Of a stretch of 64,000 nucleotides of DNA, positions 39,056 to 54,524 are shown piece after piece. The DNA comes from the human T2T-CHM13v2.0 reference genome, Homo sapiens. The DNA is taken from the NCBI RefSeq assembly GCF_009914755.1, contig NC_060927.1. One strand, written 5' to 3'. A program made the translations under genes and the position numbers. The notes under the pieces were generated by a model that was not told the origin of the DNA, ran no database searches, and worked only from the letters and a program-made list of their open reading frames with translations. Position 1 is the stretch's first letter. Each line of letters opens with the position of its first letter.

Positions 39056-39136
39056 GTCTACAGCCATACCACCCTGAACACGCCCTGATCTCAGAAGCTA
39101 AACAGGGTCGGGCCTGGTTAGTACTTGGATGGGGGA
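39056..39136 (+). pseudogene. 5S rRNA retropseudogene, 3'-truncated at about nt 90, no poly(A) tail
   Basis: GTCTACAGCCATACCACCCTGAACACGCCC-TGATCTCAGAAGCTAAACAGGGTCGGGCCTGGTTAGTACTTGGATGGGGGA aligns to 5S rRNA nt 1-90 with a ~9-nt internal deletion. Flanked by direct repeat GAAAATTATTATAG (39043-39056 and 39135-39148). Confidence 0.95.
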
Positions 39137-39273
39137 AAATTATTATAGAACCTTCACTACCTAACATACAGAACAGCACAATATGATAATTCATAGTCCT
39201 GTACATATATTATATGACTGTTAAAAAAAATAAGGCAGATCCTCCTTGAAAAAGTAAGGCATGTACAGGTCAT

Positions 39274-39315
39274 ATTATTAGGTAGCAAACAGTATATTAA
39301 AGATTGTGTTTAATT
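39274..39315 (+). repeat. 42-bp dispersed direct repeat, copy 2 (probable donor)
   Basis: Identical to 33837-33878. Confidence 0.97.
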
Positions 39316-42300
39316 TCAGTGTTTTAAGTTGTTAATATTGGAGATTAAATTATGAAGAACCTTACCTTTTCCTCCTGTAAACATTCCTGTATTGGTTGAA
39401 TTTTTATAAATAGCACGTTTTGACTGAATTAATGATTAAAATCAATTTGACCTAAATTCTAAACAAAAGGTCAGATTTCTGCCACCTTCCTGTATGTTTC
39501 TAAATGTTATAAATATCTTTTAATCAAAGACTTTAAATTGTCTATTCCTGATACATTTCTATACTAACCGAATAAAATAGATGAATAAGCCGTTGTCAAC
39601 CGGACATTCAAACTTTTTAAAAACCAACTCTAGGACTGTTTTTGTTTCACAATTCACTTGGGTAGAGTACCACAGCTCAGGGAAAGCAAACGAGAGAAGA
39701 AAGGATTTTCCCTGAAATGTACAGATAACGACCTCAATATCTATTTTAATTTGACAACGTAGAGGCAGTCTGAGTTCTCTATTACTCAAATTCTATTTGA
39801 AGAGCCAAAATTAATAAATCATAGCTTAGTGAGCACAGCAATGCCTCTTTGCAAGTCACTGTAAGGGTTTCATAGGGTTTTACTTCCCTTTTACTCCAGA
39901 TCATACCTTGGCCTTTGCAAACCATCCCTTTTTAATCACCTTAGAGTCCACAGTTTCATGTTGAAATGTCTATCTGTGTAAATCCAAACTGTAGGGAGGA
40001 GTGAAATTTGAAAAGATCCTGGCATATATATTCTTAAAACCACAATACACTTTCAATAAGTTGGATAAACATCTTTCTGGCACATGGAAATGGGAGCTAC
40101 ATGCTGGGGGTGAGGGGGGAACAGTAATTTTCCAGCCTTATCTTCACATGTCTGAGTACAATTATTAGTGTAGAAAAGAGTATTGTTTGCAGTAATCTTG
40201 ATTGCATTTTCCAGTGTCTAGCTCACTCCCTGTGCTCGATATTTATTATTACCCTCCTTAAAATAAAAAAATCATTGTCTCTAATGGTAAAGTGGAGAGG
40301 ACAAAAAATAATGAAAATTTCCTCTTATGAAAAAAAAAAGTTCCTCCTATGGAGACAATAAACTTTAAGACACTTAATGCATAACCAAATCAAGGAGAAA
40401 TACCTCTGTTATGTTGAAAAGCAGAAGTATAGCACTTTGTCTTTCACTTAGATTTTTTCTTTTTAAAGAAAACATTTTTAGCACGTGCATGCTGTTGTTG
40501 CAAGCCTTGGAGATGAAACTGTTTTTGATTCAACCAAGGTTAGGAAAGAAATGTCTAGGAAAATGATTCTGGCTGCCTGGAAAATGCCATTTATCCGAAG
40601 ATATGGAGTTCATCTCTTGAGTCTGGCATATGGGAATGTAGGTACAGTCATCTCAATGTCCACTGACCTTCCTGGAAACAAATAGCATCACTGGAATCCC
40701 TGAGGTTCTCCTAGAAAAATGTGTGTGTACTAGATCGTTTTATATTTCTGTTTGCTTTGATATTGGATAAATTCTAGTAATGACCCTTTTTCTCAATAAA
40801 GATATCTTAGATAGATTGATCCTTGTCACCTTCCACAAGTGAGTCTTACATTTCAGATCTACTCTCTCTATTCCCCCTTTGCAAACTGAAGACATCAAAC
40901 TTTTTCTTAACTTAAGCAACCTGAGTCCAATTGCTGGAGCCTTCTCTCAGTTCTCACCATGATGTGCATATTTTCCAGGCCTGTTCTCAGTCCCTACTTC
41001 GAATTTGTCTGCCTTTTCTACCCCAAATAGATCCTAAACCTGAGACTCTGGGAAGGCAGACTCTCTCCCCACATTTTGAGGACAGCGTAATGTGCCTTGT
41101 GAGGTGCTGGTGGCATAAAGGAGAATCTTATTCCAATCAACGTGAGTTTTTAGGCCCAGTTTGGAATCACCCATGAGCCAGTGGAGCAATGGAACAATGG
41201 CCGCAGTTCCCATATATTCATCCTATGAGAACTGTCCTATGGAGAAAGGACTGAAAGTAACAAGTGAGAGTCAGTTGCTAGAAGGCCATTAGAAAAGCCC
41301 TCAATGGTGCAAGAAGTCACCAAATATGTGATTGATACAAACAATTGATAACATTGCACTGTTTTTGTATGGGAGGTTAAGAGCAAGAGCTTTGGGGTCA
41401 TACGGACTCCATTTCTCGGCCCTACTTCAAAAAGTCTCCTTGCTCCTAAAATTAACATGCAATAACTTAATAGTAATCACTTGATCAAATTTGAATGTTT
41501 CAGTGAGATAACAGACAAAAACATTTGGCATGGTGCCTGGGCTAGTGTATGCTCAATAAATGTCAATCATTGATTGGCATCCAGCAGTAGAAGTGAAATC
41601 ACCATCATCATTCTAAATAGCATCACCGAATACCATGCTTCAGGTACAGTAAGAAAACCAGTGGAAGTAACAGAGAAGGATTTGTCTTTTTCAACCTTCC
41701 AGATAATCTGCACTCTCATTCCCCATAGTTCATTGTCTCCCCATCTGTTTCTAATGACTGGCACATGAAGTTCAATAAATCTTTACTGAATGAATGAATG
41801 ACTTGAGCATAATGGAGAAGTCAGTGGCTTGGAAAACGTGGAAATGAAATTTGGGTCATAAGTAAAACAACTAAGAGCTGGTATCAGAAAGCCTGAGTGC
41901 TAAGTTTTCCACTACTCTGTGCCAACAGGTGATCTTTAGTGATTCTTTTGAGATAGCTGAGCTCCAACTTCCCTATCTGCATAATGTTGGGGGGCTACTT
42001 GGGGGGAAAAATGAGATGCAGTGTGTGAAAGTGCTACATAAATTTTCAGGATTTTGTAGTGGTTTATGTTGTGAATCACATAAGCTGAGTAAGTAAGAGT
42101 GTATGTGTGCATCTGTAAATGCACACACAAACACACTTATTACACACATACACATACATATGGCTAGCTAAAGACAACGCAATCTAAAAGCAGATAAGTG
42201 CCAATATTTCATATAGGGAAGAGAGGGATAAAAATGGAGCAAAAGGATTAAAGTTCCTGTCGACTGGTAAACAGAATTGAAACAGGGCCTATCAAAAATA

Positions 42301-43059
42301 ATCACGTAAAGAGAAAACGTACTCAGCACTACAATTTGCCAATTGCCCTCTGATCTTGAATTCCAGCTACCAGAAATTCAATGACAGCAGCCTGCTCCCC
42401 CACACCTTAATCCTTCCCACATTTGCTCCTGGGCTGGATCACTGCCCTTGGGACATGTCATTTCTGTCTTGCACTGAACCACCGCCAAATGTATTGGTAG
42501 GAGCTTTAGTCCTGTTTCCTTCCACACCGGGTAAAAGGTTTTGTCAATAATTTCAAAGGTCTTATTATCAGATGACCATAATAGTGTGGTGCTACCTAAA
42601 GATAAATCTGTGCTTTGTTTTACCTAATGTCTCACTTTCTATTAAAAAATCACACCACAATTATCACAATTTCACAACATGGCATAGTCAGGTTCATTTA
42701 CCCTTTACTTGTTTCTGAGGCAAATGTTAGAATAACCCAGGACAAGATTTGGAAATTAGCAAGTTTTTAATGGCTTTCTATCGGTCAGTCTACAGGGATT
42801 CAACTCTATCACTGCTGGGTACCTTGTACAATGCCTAATTCACATACTTCAAGGTGGTAGCAGAATGAACATTGGTTTAGAATCCTATTCAGTACAGACT
42901 ATCAGTCTACCGTTAGATGAGATGGCACGGGAAAGCTGGTTGGGTCATTTGCTTACAAATATTCAGCTGGAAATCTAAGGATGCTGTAATTTTTAAAGAA
43001 GAGAGGCAGGTATGCGCAGTACTTGCCAGTGTAGGCTCCTTCTACTCTTCTTACATTCC

Positions 43060-43260
43060 TGACTCATCTCTGCCATCTTCTAGCCACATGACCTCAGGCA
43101 AGGTCATTATCCTTTCCAAGCCTCAGTTTCCTCCTCTGTAAAATGGTAACAGCAATCGTACCCACTGAAGAGAGTTGTTATGAGCATTAAATGAGATACA
43201 AGTAGGTAAAGAACCTAGCACAATGCCTAGGTTGAAAAATGTTGGTGGTTGTTATTACAA
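43060..43260 (+). mobile_element. MIR
   Basis: TGACCTCAGGCAAGGTCATT...AAGCCTCAGTTTCCTCCTCTGTAAAATGG. Confidence 0.85.
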
Positions 43261-43789
43261 ACATTTCTATCAATAAAGCAATGCCACTTGTCTTGCTCCA
43301 GTCCCCTGAAAGGATAGTTGCATTTAATATTACTCCAGACCCTACAAACGTAACTAAAAACTATGGGGACTCAATATTTTCTTTAACCCAATTGAAGCAT
43401 CAGTGAAATGTTTTAAATGACTCCATTTAAACATTGGTACATATTTTTTTTTAAAAGAAACCACTCTAAAATGGAGGCCTTTCATTGATAGACACAATGC
43501 GGTTAAACCCAGTGAAATTCGATTACCTCTTGATTGGGTCGGGCAAGCCAGGAAGAGAATTTTACATTTGAAATCAACAAATTGAATTTGGTACCTTTTG
43601 CAGCTTCAGCAATTGCCCGCCGACTAGTTCCTCACAAGATCAGAGGTGGCCCCGTCAACATCCAGGTTCTGTTGAATGACATGCTCTGTTTAGAAAGGTT
43701 TTTCCTTGTTTAGATTCTGAATGAATATTTGCTTCCAAAGTTATTACAGCTACAAAACACATGCTGACTATACACTTTCCCCCCAAAAT

Positions 43790-44035
43790 ACAAAATATAT
43801 GAATTTATACATATATATAATTGTTGCTTAAAAGAACTTATATATAATATATAAATAAATATGTATGTATTTATACACATATATGCCTTTTGCTTATAAG
43901 AACTTATAAAGTTCTTATATATAAGCTCTTTTAAGCAACAGTTACATATACGTGTGTGTATATATAGATACACAAATATATATACACATATGTATATACA
44001 CGTGTGTTTGTGTGTGTGTGTGTATATATATATAT
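43790..44035. repeat. AT-rich (TA/TG)n low-complexity tract containing long inverted repeats
   Basis: Arms 43813-43847 and 43915-43949 are reverse complements at 32/35. Confidence 0.85.
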
Positions 44036-44636
44036 TTTACCCAGTATGGCTGGTAGGCTAAATATCCAGCTATACATCATCAGTGTTAATAAGGTCTTTT
44101 AGTAATTTTTTTTTGTCTTATACAGATAAGCACAATTAACAATTTCTTTAAGTCAACATGCTAAGTCAGCAATGGGCAAAATATTGCTATTCGGCTGACT
44201 GCATATTTTTAAAAATATTTTATTCTCTCCCTCCCCACTGTCTCCACCACACACAAAGATTGCAGACCTAGTTTGTGCATGTCAGCTGAAGGAACAGGTG
44301 CATTGGAGACATGCTGATCCTGGGGTGCAGCCTGGCACCTGGAAACTATCAAGCGCAGATAATTGCAACAGGTGACATGTGTTTTTGTTTTACATATGGT
44401 TTATTCTAAGAAGATCTTTCTGATCTTTGTCTCAAGATTAAAGCCAAAATCTATAATTTGGCCACCTGGCCAAGAAGACCCCACAATGGGGGCCCCCAGC
44501 TACTTTTCCACCCCATCCTGCACCACCATTCCCTTTCCCACCATCTTCCAGTTTTCCAGGCCACATTTTATTCCCCCATGTGTTACGCCCTTTGCCTATA
44601 CAGGAGCTTGGTACGTGTTCTTTCCTGTTTTCTAAG

Positions 44637-45275
44637 CTTTATCGGGACATAATTCACATACCATACAATTTGCCCATTTAAACTGTACAATTCTCCCATC
44701 CTCCACCCAGTCCTAAGCAAACACTAACCTGCTTTTGTCTCCATAGATTTACCTATTCTAAACACTTTATAGAAATGGAATCATAGAATATGTGGTCTTT
44801 TGTGACTAGCTTCTTTCACTGAGCATAATGTTTTCAAGGCTTATCCATATTGTAGCATGTATCAGTACTTTACTTTTTTGACAAATAATATTCTTTTGTA
44901 TGAATAAACTACATCTTATTTATTCATTCGTCAGTTAATAGACATTGCAGTTGTTTCTCCTGTTTGGCTATTATGAATAATGCTGCTGTGAACACTCTTG
45001 TACAAGATTTTGTGTAGACAAATGTTATCATTTCTCTTGGGTATGTATCTAGGAGTGGAATTGCTGGAATGGAGTCATATGATAACTCTATATTTAACCA
45101 CCTGAAAAACTGCCAGACTGTTTTCCAAAGTGGCTGCATCATTTTACATTCTCCCCAGCAAACATGAAAGTTCCAATTTCTCTGCATCCTTACCAACACT
45201 TATAATTCCAATCTTATACTCTTTCTTTTTATAGCCACCCTAGTGGATGTGAAGTAGTATCTCATTGTGCTTTCT
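44637..45275 (-). mobile_element. L1MB-type 3' fragment
   Basis: ATAATTCACATACCATACAATTTGCCCATTTAAA; minus-strand translation CWGECKMMQPLWKTVWQF...PAIPLLDTYP (ORF2p C-terminus). Confidence 0.9.
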
Positions 45276-45490
45276 TTCTTAACTTTTCATCTGGGTAATT
45301 CCTATTATCTTTAAATCTCCAGCCTAAAAGTCACTTCCATAGGGAATCTTACCTTGGCTACCCCACCCTCAAACTAGCCTCAGATTCCTCTCAGAAAACC
45401 CATCCTTTCTCTCTAAACTTTAAGTTCAACATGGACAGGCACCATTCCATCTCTTCTTTATTCCCCACTCTAGCCCCAGCATCTAGCTAT

Positions 45491-45823
<333 letters not shown>

Positions 45824-46574
45824 TGAACTATAAAGTTGTTGAAAGTGTATTAAGTCAATGCCACTTTTTTTAAATAATGAGAAAAAGTGTGTATTATCTG
45901 AAAATCACCTGTGTCAGAATAATTGACATGATTACCTTTAAATCCATTTCATTTTTCAGTATTTCTACAGACAAAACTATTGAGGAAGATTCTAATATCA
46001 CTGGCAAGGGTAGGAAAGGGGCTCTATGATATAACCATAATGAATGCTTCTGTTGTCCTGAATTTTGTTGGAGCTGTACACATTTATGTTTGTTAAGAAA
46101 AAGGATTTTTGTGGGAAAGTGCAATATATACAAGCAAAAACAAATGGACTTGAGAAATAAGGAACTTAAGGGGACTGGATTTTCCTGCTTTAGCTGTGAG
46201 CTAGGCATACCTCTAGAGGTTTCAATTCAGTAGATCTGAGATGGGGCCCAGGAATATGCATTTTAAACATAGTCCCTAGTAATTCTAACGCCAGTGGTCC
46301 ATGAGCTTCACTTTAAAAATATATATATCCTAGTTAATGTCCTTATTATTTAACATAAACAAGTCAATGTAGAAGTTTAAAAATCAGGCTCTGGAGTTTG
46401 ATGCAGATTTAAACCCCTGGACTGACATTTACTATGTGGCTTAGAACGAATTACTTAATCTTTCTAAGCCTTAGTTTCTGGCCCATAAGAAATGCCCCAA
46501 TATGTTAATTCCCATTATTATGTTATTAACATTATTATCTTAATTGGAAGATGATGTGCACAACAAATCTGTTG

Positions 46575-48845
<2,271 letters not shown>

Positions 48846-49309
48846 CTAACAGATCCGTTTTAAAGGGATTGAGTTTTGTTTAGTAAGAAAAATACTTCCT
48901 AAGTATAAGTTGGAATTTATGAGGTTCGTGAATGGCTTTATCATCACTGTTACTTTTATAGATAATTTTCCAAGTGGCACTTTATGGTCATAAATAAGCC
49001 TCAGTCATATCTTTTTGCAAGTGCCTCCCTAATTATCATTTCTGAAGAAAAATTTTGGCCTCTATATTAAATTATAGTTCACGACTTAGTTCCAGTTCAC
49101 ACCCTGAGCTACTATATTGGATATAACACATCTTCCTTAGGTGTTACTTACTGAGCTGAAAGTATTGCCCAAAGCATCTTATTTTGTCTGTATCCAGTAA
49201 TTTATTGAGCCTGGATGCTATCCTGATAGAGTTTACTCACTAAAATAGAAGTTATAAAAGTTCAATCAAATTATGATCTATCAGTCATCTTACAGAACCA
49301 AGAATGTGC

Positions 49310-49890
49310 ATTCATTTTTCCAAGTACTATTTACTCAGTGCCTAAAAAATGTCAGGTGTTTGGGATCACAGAAAAAAAGAAAACCAAGATTCCCACTATC
49401 ATGGAGAAATGATATTCACAGTTGAGTGGTCAGTGGGACTGAAAAAAAAAGTAATCAAATTCATTACCAAGACAGCTTTATCTGCTAATGAGTGCTACGA
49501 ATGACATTAAATAGAGTGATGTAATAGCAAATGCCTAAAGGAAAGGAGCTCCTTTTGATTAATGGCAGGAAAAGGCTCTCATCTCTCAGGAGATGTTGAG
49601 CTGATGTCTGAATGCCAAGGAGGCAGCCATGGGAAATGTCAGGGGGCAGAGTGATTTAGGAAAAGAGAACAGTCAACAACAAGACCTGGAGACAGGACCA
49701 TGTTTGTCATAACTGAGAAACAGAAAGCAGGCCAATGTAGTTGAAACAGGGTGATGGAGGACAGAGCAGCAGGGGAGGAGTCTGGAGATACAGTTAGGGG
49801 CACCAAGGTAAGGCCTGGCGAGCCCTGTTAAAGAGAGGAAGCACTGAAGAATTTCAGCAGGGGGATGTCGTTGTCTAATTTATCATGATT
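49310..49890 (-). mobile_element. L2 fragment
   Basis: TATTTACTCAGTGCCTA...GAGCTGATGTCTGAATG..AAGGAGGCAGCCATGGGAA...AGAAAGCAGGCCAATGTAG. Confidence 0.7.
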
Positions 49891-50139
49891 TCAGGTTCCC
49901 TTTCCCCTTCCTTCCTCCTCTCTACCTAAGGGTGACTAGCTGTTATGATAACCAGTTGAATGATGATTAGCTGCAATATTGATTTCCACATTTCTAGCTA
50001 TAATGTCTGTAAATTTCTTAATGAATATGTTACATAGGCATGCACTAAAACTCCCAGATCACATCCCATTTTGCTTTAGAAGATGTAGACACAAGTCATG
50101 TATTTTTGTCTCCATTGCATTTAAAGAATGTCTCCTTAA

Positions 50140-50406
<267 letters not shown>

Positions 50407-51489
50407 TAATGCTTGAAGGACTTTGGAGTTACCTGAGCCCTCGGGTTAGGTGTTTGAAAGGAAATCACATTCTTTTTTATCCAAATCTCTCGAAGCCACA
50501 ACAAAAACTGATGTCTGTCAATCTCTTGTGCTCCTGGGCTGGGAAAGTATCACCCAACTTGCTAGAAACCCCTCTGAAATAAATGATTAGAAATCTCATG
50601 AGATCAAGGAAAGAGCAGTGAAGCTTGCTGTAGATTTATTTATAATTCCAGCATTGTGGAGTTATATTATAGGATGATCATATATTAATAATTGTTTAGT
50701 TTGAAAATGGAGTTCTTCATCTCTGTATATCTATCTATCTATGTCTTTTTCCTACCAATTCCTTACCCTACACCTCACTTTCTGTTGCCTCGTACAATGG
50801 TCCAAGGACTCATATGAGTGAAATCAATATAGCCCAGCATTTCTAAACATAAACACACATACACCTAGGGGGACACAAAACCTCTAAGAGGGTACCTAGG
50901 CATAGATAATTTTAAGGAAATAATTTTAAATTTCACCCTTTACATGTGCATTTGCCCAAACTCTATCTTCCCGAGAATGCCCTGTATCTAAAATATTTTA
51001 CTGTCATCTTTCTTAATCAACTACTCCCATTTTAGAAAAGAAAAGTATCCTTATTTACCAACTCAAGTCTTACTACACAGTACATTTACAGAATATAAAA
51101 CATTTGGGACACTGAAAAGGGGACCATTGAAATATTGGTGCTGGTGTTGACAAAAGTGATTCTGATGCCTGACTAATATACTTTTTTGGATATAAGGAGG
51201 TTTACTATTTTTTGGCTTTCAATAAAATTAAAAACTCTAATATGCTTATCAGTTGATTGATCATTAAAAAATAATTTTCAGTGACATGTTACTATGCGAT
51301 GTGGGACATATAACTCAAAAAGAAAGTCATAAATGGTATTGCTATAACAAAACTCCATTTGTTTTCATTTATGCAAGCAAGCTTTCTCAGCATTTACATC
51401 TAAAAAAGGAAAAATGGAAATGAAATTTATGCTGAATCATGTACTATTCTATAAATAAATAATGTTTATCAAAAAAAGTATATATTAAC

Positions 51490-51907
51490 TGCTATGGTTT
51501 GAATACAGTTTATCCCCCACCAAAACTCATGTTGAAAGTTGGTCTTCAATGTGGCAGTGTTAGGAGGCAGTGCTTTTTAAAGCTGGTTAGATAACTAAGA
51601 TGAGTTAATGTCTTTCTTGAGAGACTGCATTAGTTCTCATAAGACTGTATTAGTTCTTGTGAGAGCAGGTTGTTATAAATTGAGTCAGCCTCTTTTGTCT
51701 TCTATCCCTTTTCCCACATACCCAGTTCCTCTTTCATTTCTCTGCTATGTTTTGACACAGCACAAGGCCCTCACCACAAGCCACCAGATGTGGCTGTCCA
51801 ATCTTAAACTTCCCAGCCTGTAGACTATGTGCTAAATAAACCTCTTTTCTTTATAAATTACCCAGTCTCAGGTATTGTGTTATAGCCATACAAAATGGAC
51901 TAACACA
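51490..51907 (+). mobile_element. MST-family (MSTC/MSTB-like) solo LTR
   Basis: TGCTATGGTTTGAAT...CCAAAACTCATGTTGAAA...AATAAACCTCTTTTCTTTATAAATTACCCAGTCTCAGGTATT...GGACTAACACA. Confidence 0.88.
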
Positions 51908-51944
51908 GCCTATTCATCTAAGAATTGTAAATTTTCAATAAAAT

Positions 51945-52248
51945 TTTTACTTTTTGTTTTATTTTATTGAGGCAGAGTCTCATGCCACCACCCAGGCTGG
52001 CATGCAGTGGCGTAATCACAGCTCACTCCACCTCCTAGGCTCAGATGATCCTCCCACCTCAGCCTCCCAAGTAGCTGGGACAACAGGTGCATGCCACCAC
52101 ACCCAGCTAGTTTTTGTGTTTTTTGCAGAGACAAGGTTTCATCATATTTTTTGCAGAGACAGGGTCTCAAACTTCTGGACTCAGGTTATCCTCCCGCCTC
52201 GGCCTCCCAAAGTGCTGAGATTACAGGCATAAGCCACTCTACCTGGCT
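51945..52248 (-). mobile_element. AluJ
   Basis: Diverged dimer; GATCCTCCCACCTCAGCCTCCCAAGTAGCTGGGAC. Confidence 0.92.
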
Positions 52249-52681
52249 ATTTTTTAAATTTAATAATTACATATTAAGTTTATAACATATTTTTGTTGTT
52301 TTGAAAAATTATGCATTAATAATACTTGTAGTGATCACTCAACCCAAAAGAAATGTAATACTTAAAGTCTTAGGATCACAAATAATTAAACAGTTAATTT
52401 AAATGTGTATAAATATTTTTGTTGCAAAAAATATATAATAGGGTAATTAATAATATGCTTTCCAGAAAAAAAAAATTATATTGTGCTATAATTCTGTGAG
52501 GGAAGTATAATAAAAATACAAATTCAAGGAGAACAAAAGGAAGATGTAAAATTTCTACCTGTTAAATAACTTGTTAATTATAAGATAATATCTGTTCATT
52601 ATAACAGAATATCAAGTAACTGTTCCATTGATACATTTAAAAATTGATACAATAATTTTATTTTTAAATATCAATACTTTC

Positions 52682-52987
52682 TTTTTTTTTTTTTTTTGAG
52701 ACAGGATCTTACTGTCACCCAGGCTGCTGTGTAGTGGAGCGATCTCGGCTCACTTCAACCTTCACCTCCTGGGTTCAAATGATCTTCCCACCTCAGCCCC
52801 CCAAGCTCCCAAGTAGCAGGGACTATAGGCGCACACCACCACACTCAGCTAATTTTTTGTATTTTTTGGTACAGACAGGATTTTACCATGTTGCCCAGGC
52901 TGGTCTTGAGCTCCTGGACTCAAGCAATCTAGCAGCCTTGGCCTCCCAAAATGTTGGGATTACAGGCGTGAGCCACCATGCCCAGCC
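52682..52987 (-). mobile_element. AluJ (Jb-like)
   Basis: T-tail; CTCCTGGACTCAAGCAATC; GGATTACAGGCGTGAGCCACCATGCCCAGCC. Confidence 0.93.
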
Positions 52988-54166
52988 TAATACATTTAAT
53001 ATGCCAGAAATTACTTTATTTGCAACTGTTTGAACTTTCAATAAAAACAAAATTAGATGCCAACTTTATACAAGTAGGGACATAGTTTTTAAAAATTATT
53101 TTAGGGAGTATGTGAGTAAAATAAATTTCACAAATCCCTATTATAGAGATCTGAACCTTAAAACAATAAATTTTGAAGGATAACTGGGAGAATTCTCTGT
53201 TTTTAGAAATTTGTTAAGTTTGAAAGGACTAGAAAATGTTCAGGTGTGCAACACTTTAATATGTTAACTTAAAAAAAGAGTAACAAAACAGAATTTGAAA
53301 CTTTGGGCAAGTGTTTTTTTTTTTTTCTATCTCAAATTTCAGTTAATAGTCTAAATGATTTCAAAATATCTTTAACAGAGTCACCAAACTTGGGCTTATC
53401 CCCACCATGATGTACAGATGGACATACCTAAGAGATTGCAATGCATATACCATAAATCCAGCATGCATGTTTATTTCTGGATCCATGTAAACATGCTCAC
53501 AGGACTTTTAAGCCTGAGGAAATATCCTGACTTCTAAACAGAAAAAGTTGATACAGCTAATCCACACATAAAGTGGGAAAAAAACTATTTCGTTATATAA
53601 AACCACATTCTACTCATATAAAATGATCTTGTAAAGGCATGCTGCTTTATCTCTGTGTAAACAGTCTTTCCCATCAAGCAAGATATGATGAAATCCTGAA
53701 TTGTATAATACAATGGTAGGTTTTGTTTCATTATGTCGTGGGAGGAAGGAACAGAGAGAGATAATTCTAGTAATCAAAAAAGAAAAGTCTCCTAGATGAA
53801 ACTTCTTTAATATTAAAAAACTGAAGTGCTCATTACTTGGCAGATAAAGTTAATTTAAAGATGAGCCTGAATCATAGGAGTCACAGAGGCAGATTGCATG
53901 TAGATCAGCAGGATGCCATTATAACTGCAAAGAGCAAACCACATCGATTCAAATCCCACCATGATGAAGCTGTGATTGGGGAAGTAAGGGGTGCTATGAC
54001 ACCATTTGTGAAGAGCAGGTTTAAGCGAATTCACAGTAGGAGCAAGGTCTCAAGAGGGTAGTGCCTACTTAAGAAAACTTTCAAATACTAGAAAAGCATT
54101 TGTTCAAGTGTTCACAATAATTTTGCTTGTTTAAAACCCATCCTCTTTATTCACAAAGATGGCTAC

Positions 54167-54524
54167 TGTATTAGTCCATTCTCACACTGCTTTAAAGAAT
54201 GGCCTGAGATTAGGTAATTTCTAAAGAAAAGAGGTTTAATTAACTCACAGTTCCGTATGGCTGGGGAGGCCTCAGGAAATTTACGATCATGGTGGAAGGC
54301 ACCTCTTCATAGGGCAGACAAAGAGAGAAGAAGTGAGCAAGTGAGGAACTACCAAACACTTATAAAACCGTCAGATCTCATGAGAACTCACTCACTATCA
54401 TGAGAACAGCAGGGGGGGAACCACCCCCATGATCCAATCACCTCCCACCAGGTCTCTCCCTCAAGACCTGGGGATTACAATTCAAGATGAGATTTGGGTG
54501 GGGACACAAAGCCTAACCATATCA
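54167..54524 (-). mobile_element. THE1 (C/D-like) solo LTR
   Basis: TGTATTAGTCCATTCTCACACTGCT...GATGAGATTTGGGTGGGGACACAAAGCCTAACCATATCA; near-TSD GCTAC/ACTAC. Confidence 0.93.

Larger units (their letters stand above)
50834..53140. mobile_element. Long AT-rich hAT-Charlie fossil split by an MST LTR and two AluJ
   Basis: Degenerate hAT transposase C-terminal-like DNA around 51340-51440 (TTATGCAAGCAAGCTTTCTCAGCATTTACATCTAAAAAA...ATGCTGAA); boundaries approximate. Confidence 0.5.
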
